64,000 bases of DNA from Azolla caroliniana (taxonomy: Eukaryota; Plantae; Polypodiophyta): assembly GCA_043228905.1 (NCBI GenBank), contig JBHGNT010000005.1, positions 24,242,001-24,306,000 on the forward strand. The letters run 5' to 3'. A model generated the notes under the pieces. It ran no database searches and was not told the DNA's origin. It saw only the letters and a program-made list of their open reading frames with translations. The position numbers and the translations under genes were made by a program. Below are positions 1 through 10,823 of this stretch, piece by piece. Numbering within the stretch: position 1 is the stretch's first letter; every line of letters begins with the position of its first letter.

Positions 1-1310
1 CCTAGTTATAACCTGGTTATTCACATTTAAATCACCCACTCACACATGTATCACCTTTGCTCTATTCTTGCATATAGCTGCCTCCTCAGATGTACTTTCT
101 AACTTTGCCTATGTGTCTTTTCACGTGCTTCATTCTCCCATTCTCAAATTCACCATACACTTCTCATATCTCATACGCTGTTCCACATCACATTCCCTAG
201 CCAGGACTCGGTTCGTTTCTTTATCATCTTGTATAATGACATGTTATCTTGGCACACATGCATATTGATTTAAGTAAATTGATCTTCCTTGATTTCAAAA
301 TGAATAAATAGACAGTTGCAAAGATCAACCAAGCATGGATTCTAGACAAAGCAATGCACATGATAATCAGCCTATCTCTATACTCAAAGTTGACTGTAAA
401 TTAATGTGTGCCATATAACAGCATAACTTGAGGGGTATTCTCTATACAAACCAAAGTTTTGAATACATAGGAGAGACGAATTTTGGCTATGACATTCACA
501 CAGTATTTCAAAATCCATCCACTGAAAACACTTATTCTTATTGATCTACTTCAGAATAAGAGGGATAATTCCACTGAAAAAAATATGTGGTTCTCTTCGC
601 ATATTAGATATGAAAATGACTGAAAGTCTATGGAATCAATAAAAATGCATATCCTTTCTCAATCTAACTCCTCGTCTTTATCATTCTAAGGCAAGATTTG
701 CCTCCTAAATAACAGAATCCATATACAAAAACCATTCTTTACCGGTCTACTTTGACATAAAATCATTATATGAAACATTTTGTATCATCGATGAACGAAA
801 AGCTATGACATTCAGATATCCTTACCTGGCTTGTTTCGTGGCCTTATCATTTAATGACAGCGTTTTTCCTCCTAAATGACTAAAATGAAACGAAATACAC
901 AGATCCACTTCAGCTCCTTGTTAAACTATGATATTTTTGCCTCTTAAATGAGTAAAATCGTTTTGTAATCCACATATGTTTAACCCCGCCTACTTCACTG
1001 CTTTCTATGACTATTTATTTAATCTATCTTTGCTAACTCATGATCTAAGGAAAATAGGAGAAGGCACAAATACTAGTATTTCTACATTTATGAGAACCTA
1101 AATATTGGCATTTTAACTGAAAACCTAAATCGGCATGTGTTTTTTTAGGGGAGGGAGGGGGGGACCTAAGTATACAAAGAGACCACAAATTTTAAATGTT
1201 AACCTAGATATTGGCATGTTAAGTGAAAACCTAGATGGACATGGAGGCAAAAAACCTAAGTATACAAAGAGACCCCAAATTGTAAATGTTGAATGGCAAG
1301 AGGGAAGTAC

Positions 1311-1527
1311 CTGAGATTGGGGCAGTAGGTGAATTGGAGACATTACACTCGCAACTGACAGTAAGACGCAGGGGAGCTCTGTTCCTGAAGCTGGTCTCGT
1401 ATCGGTTGGGATGATCCAAAGAACGAAGCTGTAACAGGGGAGTTCTGTTCCTGAAGGTGGTCTCGTATTGGTTGGGATGATTCAAACAACGAAGCTGAAG
1501 AGGAAGCAGCGGCAGAGCCATAGCCAT
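1311..1527 (-). CDS. Probable first exon of a host gene continuing leftwards (transit-peptide-like N-terminus)
   Basis: ORF MAMALPLLPLQLRCLNHPN...RLTVSCECNVSNSPTAPIS ends at a CAG|GTAC donor. A possible phase-compatible next exon lies at 871-826 (TTTAG|...AG|GTAAG). The exon contains a 66-bp internal duplication. No recognisable domain. Confidence 0.4.
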
Positions 1528-1564
1528 GAGTCAAATGGCAGAACAGGGACATGGAAGAGCTTCA

Positions 1565-1566
<2 letters not shown>

Positions 1567-1603
<37 letters not shown>

Positions 1604-1675
1604 TATAGATATAGTCTATAGATATAGATATGTATGTATGTATGTATGTATGTATGGATGTATATTATATATTAT
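1567..1675. repeat. (TA)n/(TATG)n microsatellite flanking the MULE left end
   Basis: Directly visible runs of TA and TATG. Confidence 0.9.
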
Positions 1676-2465
1676 GCTCATGTCTAACTACTACCAAAAA
1701 TTAAAGAGGGCAAGTGAGGGAATCACGGGCGCGGACGGTGTATGTTGCACAGCTGATGGTGCGTGCGATCTCCACCGTTCGATGTGGATAAAAAGCTGAC
1801 CGTGTATGTCACCCCAGGAGCCCGACTCTCTGACTACCTTTGTCACCAGGAGCCCGACTCTATCACAATGAGCTTCGCTGTCTGATAGCCTTTGTAACCA
1901 GGAGCCCGGCTCTGTCAAAAGGAGCCCCGTTATCTGACAGCCTCTGTCACCAGGAGCCCAACTAACCTAGGGTAGGAACCCGACTTAGAAACAAACATCA
2001 AAAACTGCAAAAAAACTATAAGTGTACAATAAATATTTGCCACGAAAATGATGCATAAATTTACTCCAAAAAACCTAAGCTTCCAATTGCTGAAAACCTA
2101 AAACTTAAAACTTAAAAATCACACAAACTTCTATCTCCAAGCTCTAAATAACAAATCACCTTAAAGTTTCAAATAACAAGTCTTACATAAAAGATTAAAA
2201 CGTCAAATGTTGACAATGGGAATAATCTAAGCCAAAAACCCTAAAATAAAATATGAATACACATCACATATTTAGATTATGGCTCATGTCGGGATGATGG
2301 CAAAATGCAACCACAATTTTTACATGTAACAATCGAGTCCCTCGAAGTCAGGTCAAGCCATCGCAACGCAAACATTGAATCTTCTCATCGCCCCCTAGCT
2401 CGACTTGCACCTCTTTGTAGTTTTCCAATGTGGGATTTGGAAGTGTTTGGGGAGTTGCTAATAAG

Positions 2466-4181
2466 TTATTGCGAGATGTCTATTGTTGCGCTTCTTTTGG
2501 CACCGATTTGTTCGTTGCGACTTATTGATCTGCCATCTACTTCATTGGGTGATTTTGGTGCACCAACGCGATACACCTTCTCAGTCATATCTTCCAATGT
2601 TTGTATACATTCCAAAATAGCTACACCGTTGAAGGTTCCTAACCCTTGCTTGAGCCATTGAAGTGCTTTCTCAGTCGTTTGTATTTTGGACTTCAATGAT
2701 TCCATCTCTAATGTTGTGGGGTTTGTCTCCTCGACTCGTTCTACCCTTTCTCCACTTCTATTTTTGTATTGTGGTCCATTCGCATTTGGGTCGCGTGATC
2801 TATGAAAGGCAACAAGCCACATAAATATGGCATGTGCCTCTCAATAATCATTCAGATACCGAGTAAATGCTTACATTTACTCGCAAGGTCTTGGCAATCA
2901 CAATATGAGCATTGACGTGAGACATTATACCATAGAGTGGGAGTCGTAATGCTCAAGATTCTTAACCAATATCGGGTCTCGTCCATAATATGCATTGTGG
3001 AAGTATCGTCAACATACCTTTCCAATATTCTCTTGGCCTCTTTACGTCTGGAACTTTGATCCCTACAATTTGCCCCATAAGGGCATCCCAATTCCCATGG
3101 CGTTGGGGGCAATGGTTGCATATAATGGTACCCCGAATTGGTTTGCTTTAAATGACGAGTCAATTGCCGAAGAGTTGTTTAGGGTCAATTGCTCACACAT
3201 TTCCAACATCCATTGATCTTGAAGTATCGAGATAAATGGTTGTTTGGCGGGAGATCCTGGTTCTCCAGGCAGGTAGGGTTGAACATGAGCCACTTTCCCA
3301 AGATCTCAGAGTGCATAGGCATCTTGCATCATCAAACACCAATCAACCTCTGAAACGACACTTCCGATTTTTAACCTGTTTGCCATGTTATGAACCTCCT
3401 TTGGTATCATAAAGAACCCATAGCTAACAAGCTCTAATGGACTAGGCTTGACCCAGCCTTGGACTTATGATATGCTTCCTTATGGATGCTCATTCATGCC
3501 ACATGCCTTGCACACCCAACATCAAATAGGTCATTTTTGCAACAAATTATGACATTGGGGTGTGTTGGAAAATAGTACACATCCGACCTACTACCTGGTA
3601 CATGACCACTATTTGGCATGTTATGGACCTCCTTTGGTATCATAAAGAACCTATAGCGAACAAGCTCTAATGGACTAGCCTTGGACTTATGATATGCTTC
3701 CTTACGGATGCTCATTCGAGCCACATGCCTTGCACACCCAACATCAACTGTTTAACAGTCTTTGATAATGTGTGATGGGATGCATCACCATGTGATGCTA
3801 ACACTACCTCCCTCCATTTCTCAACGTATGGAGATTGCACTCTCATTCTCGAGGATGGGACGACTTTTCATGTGCCTCCATGCATTCCATGCATGGAGAT
3901 TGAGAGGTGCACCACTTGCGACATCACGTAATGCTTCAAATGTTACCTTGTCCTGATAAATCTTTAACCATCAAATCATACGTATCTCTTGAGAATGCAA
4001 AATACTTGGGGGAACAATACATGAAGGGATCCACTGCCTCATCCTCACGATCGGAATCAAATGACTCATTTGGCATCTCCAATTCGTCCTCAGATACAAA
4101 CGATGCGCTAGATGACCATGACGTATCCTCCAATTCATCTTTTGACATGACAAAGACACCATGATGCAATGTGCTCTCCAT
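2466..4181 (-). pseudogene. Degenerate MULE transposase with SWIM zinc finger
   Basis: AIDSSFKANQFGVPLY (MULE D-x-T-F-K-T-N-x-Y/F..P-L motif) in ORF 3063-3293. SWIM-type CDCQDLASKCKH in ORF 2852-3163. Stops, frameshifts and an internal ~140-bp duplication (3385-3530 / 3615-3750). Confidence 0.7.
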
Positions 4182-4229
4182 AGATGGTTGTGGTCGATTA
4201 CTACGGTGATTGAAGTCATTGAATACAAT

Positions 4230-4690
4230 GTGATCGAGAATGCCAGTGATTGAGGTGAATGATTTCCGTGTGAGTGATTATGCCAATGAATAAAGTGAAT
4301 GATTTCAGCTCTTAGTGAATGATCTCATCAATAATGCTAGTGATTGAGGTGAATGAATTCAGTGTGAGCGATTATGGCAATGAATGAAGTGAATGATCAA
4401 GAATGTGAGCTCTTAGTGAATGATCTCAGCGAGAATGCACATGATTGAGGTGAATGAAATTAGTGTGAGCGATTATGCCAATTAATGAAGTGAATGATTT
4501 CAACTCTTAGTGAATGATCGAGAATGCGAGCTCTTAGTGAATGATTGCAGCGAGAATGCTAGTGATTGAGGTCAATGAAATCAATGCGAGTGATTATGCC
4601 AATGAATGAAGTGAACGATTTCAGATCTTAGTGAATGTCAACGACTTCAGTGAATCAATCCAATGTGAGCGATTATGCAACGAAAATGGT
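4230..4690. repeat. Degenerate tandem repeat (GTGAATGA-rich units) inside MULE A
   Basis: Recurring GTGATTGAGGTGAATGA / GCTCTTAGTGAATGATC blocks. Confidence 0.8.
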
Positions 4691-5566
4691 CATTAGTATG
4701 ATCGAAGCAAAAATGCTCTACTTACTAAAATATTATGATCACTTGTTGTGAATTTATAAATGATAATCTATTAGGACAAATTAGTTGAGATGTCTAAATC
4801 TCTTACATTATGGATGAAGGGCAATGATATCACAATTATGCTTTAATATGAAAAGTTTTGAATTTTCCTATTCATCACCTTGTTCGTGATATGATATTTC
4901 TTACTTTGTTTTGCCTTGGTTTGGAAAATAAGCTTATCGAAGGGAACACAAAAACACTCACCCCCTCAAGGTCAATAATTAAGTCAATAGAATGTTTTGA
5001 GAAGATTAAAGAGCAAAAAGCCCAAATGTTAACCAAGTTCCTCATTTGTTTCAAATTTTGTTAGGGGAAGTCTTTAACTTCCGTATTCAAAAAACTAGAA
5101 CTCATAGATAAAAAGTTAATTAAAACAAATATCATTAAAATATATACCTCTGGTGATAGGTTTTGCGGATCAGATGTGGGTGCAGGTGGTGGTCGACGAA
5201 GATTCTTCCCTCCTAAAACCTTGACGCTTTGTTTGAAAAATAGATGAAAATGACAGGAATTAGGGTTTGAAGGGTTTTTATAGATTCAAGCCAAAATAAT
5301 GAGCAGGGCTCCTTCCTTAGATTACGTCGGGGCTCCTCGGGCTCCCATACCAGTGAGTTGGGCTCCTACATAAGAAGAGTACTAGGGCTCCTCGGGTTCC
5401 CATACCAGTGAGTTGGGCTCCTGCATAAGAAGAGTAGGGCTCCTCGGGCTCCCAAAATACTGAGCAAAGCTCCTCATGCTCTTGTATTAAGTGAGTAGGG
5501 GTCCCAAAATACTGAGTAGAGCTCCTTGAGCTCTTGCATCAAGTGAATCGGGCTCCCTAAAAAGGG

Positions 5567-5986
5567 TGTTACCTGGTCGGCAAAGGAGCAGAGACCAGAA
5601 TGTGAAAAGGGATGGTTATTCGAAATATATTTAATTAAGTAGATTAGATTATAATTATGTAGTGAATGGACGGACCGGAATCGGTATGCCGATCCGGATC
5701 CGCCATTTTGTACGCAGCACCGGTGACCTATATAAAGGCCCGGTTACAATGTATAACTCTAACGGAGAATTAATATAAGCTTCTTGGTTTTATTTTCACG
5801 TATTGATTACCGTTCTGAATTAATTGTTATATCTTACGCGTGTATTAAGTGTATGCCTTATTGTTAAGTAGCTAATTAAGTCGAAGTAATCGTTGTGTCT
5901 TAAGTTATCTCGCCGTAACACCCTTTGGTGAAGTGTCTTCCGGAGACACCCTGTGTTAGGCCATTGTCCGGCCCTAAGGATTAACA
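5567..5986 (+). repeat. Gypsy 5' LTR
   Basis: TGTTACC...GATTAACA, TATATAAA box near 5729, direct repeat of 29240-29659. Confidence 0.95.
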
Positions 5987-6164
5987 TAGTTTTTGGCGAC
6001 CACGATTCCTGCACAATCGCAGCGAACATCGGTGGGAATGGATGACGTGACCAATGAACGACCCGGTTACGGAGCGAGCAAGGCGACTTACTGAACGGTT
6101 GAGGAAGCGAGAGGCTTTCTAGCAAGCGGTAGAAGAAATCAGAGCGGATCGCTCATTTTCGAAA

Positions 6165-8221
6165 GTGATCCGGAGAGTGGCCAAGGAATCACTTCGGCTT
6201 CCACAAAACGCCTACCCGGACGAAGGAAGCAGCCTAAGCAGCCTCCGGGAAGCAGAATCCCTTCTCCAGGCATTGGCAGCAGGGGAAGGCAAATCCGAAG
6301 CATTTTCGGCATTTGAATCAGGTTCGGACGGGGAATACAACGCGCAAACGAACTACCACAGCAATAACGACACCCCATGCGGACCAGACGACGAGGAGTC
6401 GGATACTTTGCCGACACTAGAACCCGAATCGACAAGGCTGGAAACTTCGGTACCAGAAGTCGACCACACTCCGGAACCAAAAGTCGACGACGAGAGACAG
6501 TCGACACCGGAAGTCGAGGAGGAGAAGCCTCCGACACCACAAGAGGAGTAGGAAAGACCTCTGACGGCGAGAGAAGACTGGGGAAAACCTTCGTCACCAC
6601 CAGAGGAGGAACGACCACCGACACCACCAGCTCGTGTACCGACACCGGACGACGATATGCCGTTCCAATATCCCAGATACCGGGATGATCTGGACGCGGA
6701 AGCCCACGTCCATGCGTTTCAGTAGACCTGGGAAGCGAACCATGTGTCCCAACGCTTAAATGCAGCCAAAGAGGAACGCTCAAAACGGGCAGAGTTCGGC
6801 ATGACCTTGGAGGGACCGGCCGCCAGATGGCACCGAACACAGGATCCCAGCACCATCCCCACGTTTGAAACATTAAAGACAAAATTCTTGCATTTCTTCC
6901 ACAAGGAGATGGACCAGCTGGAAATGGTTAGCTTATTTTATAGTATCCGGCAGGAACCAACGAAGAACATCCAACAATTTGTCATCCGGTTCCAGCGGAT
7001 GCAAAGGCCGTATTCTTAGCAGCACTCCGGGAACCCTTACGGACGGTGTGCACCGTCATCAATTTCCGCACCAACAGCATAGATCAAGTGATTGATCGAG
7101 TTCGGGAAATGGAAAACTTGAGTTCATGGCTAACCATGGGCGCACTTCAGCGTACGCTACCGACAGAAGAGGACCTCCATTTCCGACAAGCAGTTCAATG
7201 TACGATATACCTGAATGCCAGACATTCGGCGCTGGAATGCACCATGCATGCCCAATGCTTGCTCTGCCACTCCAGAAGTCACACAATGGAACGGTGTGAG
7301 TATAACTTGTTAAATCGACAAGCACCACTGGTTCGGCAAATTGAACCACGGAGCAACCGGGATGAAGAAGAAGAACGTTGGCGGCGAGAGGAGCGTTACC
7401 GGCCGGCACAAGATGTCCGGTATAGCGACCGAAGAGACTCGTATGACCGGTATGATAGACATGATAAATACCGGGACTATAATGGACGGTATGAAAGATA
7501 TAATCGAGATAATTCCCCTGGTTACAACCACAAATGGGACGACTATGGCAAGGATGACGACCAGCCCCGACAAGGATACCGCAACAAAAAGAATTTCAAT
7601 AAGAAACGTCATTTCAACAAAAAGGGGGGTCATCCACGAGAACCGGAAAAGGGCGCTCCGAGCAACCAACCAAACCAAAACCAAGCAGTTGCCCCTGGTT
7701 CGCCACCAAGCACACACGCCGAATCCAGCAATGCCCGGAAGCCGTACTGCTATTATTGCCAGCAAGAGGGTCACTATAGTAATCAATGTCCGGCGAAGAG
7801 CTACGACAAACGACCGGCGGTGAACATGGTAGACGCGGAAGTCGCGGACATACAACAGGTCACTACAAGATCAAAAGGCAAAGCCACGGAGTGGGAAACT
7901 CAAGAAGCCATCCGGAAGCAGGCAACCGAATGGGTGAAGAAGGCAAATGAATGGAATGCGGCTGAGCTCGAACAACAAAAGGAGAATGCCGAAGAGCTCA
8001 CCGGTCGGGGGCAACCCGAAAACCCAACATGGCAGGCGTTACAAGAATGCCAAATCACGTTGCCGTTAGGCCAGCTATTGCAACTGGTACCACGGTTCAC
8101 GGAAGGACTGAAGACTGGAAGGACGACAATTGACACACCACCGGCTCCGGCATTCTTTTCAAATCCGGAGGAAGGACCAGCAGTGGTGGACACAAGTAGT
8201 CCAACAATCACAGCCACGTGA
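6165..8221 (+). pseudogene. Gypsy gag (fragmented) with CCHC zinc knuckles
   Basis: Retrotrans_gag-like LEGPAARW...FETLKTKFL..F; zinc knuckles CLLCHSRSHTMERC and CYYCQQEGHYSNQC; internal stops and frameshifts. Confidence 0.85.
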
Positions 8222-10099
8222 AGGGAAAATAGCTACCCAGCACGATTATCGATGGAGGATCCGGCGTGAACGTGATCAGCCTCCGAATGTGTCACACGCT
8301 AGGAATCCAGGACTGGGAACCGTGTCCGTTTTGGCTTCGGATGGCGGACACTAGCTCAGTACGGTCGACTAGATTAATACGCGATCTGGAAGTGACCATC
8401 GGGGGTCACACATTTCGCATTTCCGCAGTAGTTCTCCAACTACAAGCTCAGGGAGCTTACCCACTATTGTTGGGACGGCCCTGGTTAAAAATGGCACACA
8501 TAAAGCAAAACTGGAGGAAGAACATAATTACGTTCCGGCGAGGAAAAGCGAAAGTACGAGTACCGACTCAACCACGATCCGGTACCGGCAAGGAATCAAC
8601 GCCGCTATATACGGAATGTGTTAACATGCTTGAAGGATTGGCGGACGAAGAGGTCGATCAATACTTACAGGAAAATCCGAAGATCGTACCTCTGTTCGAG
8701 ATTGATGTAGCCGAAGCAGTATCATCGTACGTACTGCAACCGGACGGGACCGACGAGGAGCAGGATAAAGAGGCAATCCAGGAATTACGGCAAGCACAAG
8801 AGGTACTGGAAAAAGAAATGGCAGTATCACAACGTGTGAAAGCATTCCAACTAGAAGAGGTAAACCTAGGTACCACAGAGGACACAAGACCTGTGCACAT
8901 CGCCAAGGAAATGACTTCGGAGAATAAAATGGCAATGATCACACTCTTGAAAGAATTTCGCGATGTGTTCGCCTAGTCCTACGAAGACATGCCGGGACTC
9001 GATCCTCAGTTATATCAACACCAGATACATCTGAGCAAAGACGCCAAACTGGTAGCGCAATGGCGTTACCGGATGAACCCGAATTACGCAGCAAAGGTCA
9101 AAGAAGAAATCGACAAGTTGCTGAGAGTGGGCTTCATCCGACCGGTAAAGAAAGCCACATGGCTCATCCTGATAGTGGTAGTACCCAAAAAGAACGGTAA
9201 GATCAGAGTGTGCATTGACTACTGGAAATTGAATGAGGCTACAGTAACGGATGCCTTCCCACTTCCATTCATGAATATAGTCTTGGATGCGGTCGCTGGT
9301 CATAAGGTGTACAATTTTCGAGATGGTCTCAGCGACTATAATCAGATTCGGATGCACCCCGCCAACCAGGAGAAAACCGCTTTTGTCACCGAATGGGGAG
9401 TTTTTGTTGCCGTCGTGATGATGTTCAGACTGAAAACGGCACCGACAACCTTCCAACGGATCATCATGGAAATTTTCGGGGAATTCATTCCGGCATTCAT
9501 GCAGGTGTTTTTGGATGACTTCGTTGTTTATAGCCAGGAAGGGGATCACCTTCAACACCTTCGACTATGCCTAGAAAAATGTAGGGTTTATCGACTAAGC
9601 TGGAATCCGGCAAAATGTGTGTTCGGAGTAACCAACAGACCGTTACTGGGCCACATCGTCAGTAAGGACAGTATCGCAGTGGATCCGAACAAAGTAAAAG
9701 CAATCCTGGAGGCACCGGCACCAGCCATGGCAAAGGCACTAAGCCGGTTCTTAGGACAAATTTGGTGGCATAGCCGAATGCTCCGGTATTTGGCAGACCT
9801 GGCTACACCACTGCATGCCGCAGTACATCAGACACCGTTCCGATGGACGGACACAGAAGACCAGGCTTACCGGGCCCTAAAAGTACTGTTGTCACAAGCG
9901 CCGGTGGTGCAACCTCCGGATTGGTCCAAAGAGTTCCATGTGTTCGTTGACGCGTCCGACATTGCAATCGGGAGCGCACTGATGCAACTGACAGAACCAA
10001 AATGGTACCGGCTAGTCTATTATGCCAGCCGGAAGTTGTCCCAAGCGGAACATAATTATTCCACGACGGAAAGGGAGGCTTTGGGAATGATCTACAGTG
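8222..10099 (+). pseudogene. Gypsy pol 5' part: aspartic protease, reverse transcriptase, RNase H (N-terminal part)
   Basis: IIDGGSGVNVI and LLLGRPWL (protease); VFLDDFVVY (RT); FVDASDIAIG and NYSTTEREALGMIYS (RNase H). Cut at the AGTG TSD of the DNA transposon. Confidence 0.92.
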
Positions 10100-10823
10100 A
10101 ACACCGGGACATTTGAAACAAGTAATATGTCGCATTCTCTTTTTCACATCTTGAGGAGATGTTAAAATATGCCTTATTTTAGCAGAATTTCAAAAAGGTA
10201 CCACGCATGGGTACATGGTTTAGGGTTTAGGGTTTAGGGTTCCTTAAAACATAGCAAAAATTTCAACTAAATAATTTTATGTCAAGAAAATCAATAGCCT
10301 TATATTTCATATGTCATGTTTTTGGTGAAATTCTAAATTAACGGAATGGAATTATATGCAACTTTAATCATTTGAACCGTAATTGTGGCGAAGATAAAAA
10401 TAGTTGCCCACGCCAAGAATCACATAGATGCTAATTTTATAATATAATCACATATAATACGTCAAACTTTAAAACTTAATAGTGTTATAACTCTAGAAGG
10501 TAGAAGTCAAAGATAAACATTTAATACCCTTAAAATTATAGACTTAGTCAAATTATACATAAATCAAATACTAAAGATTATCCGCACACAACGTTTCTAG
10601 ATGACCCATCCTTGCACTATTGATGGCCAAAATCATCTATAAAAACCCTTGCAGACTTTCCAAAGAAAGGTTGAAGAACATGTAAAACATTAATACCATT
10701 CAAATTATACACTTTGCCAAATAAACTCAAACTTTAAGTTTTAATTGTGTTCAAATGAAACAATAGTCACAAGTCAATGTCTATCATTTAATATCGTTCA
10801 AATAATACACCTAACCATAGAAA

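Noticed and set aside
6139-9558. Long antisense/overlapping ORFs over Gypsy gag-pol (likewise over the Copias and FAF)
   Set aside because: Shadow ORFs of GC-rich coding sequence; no motifs.
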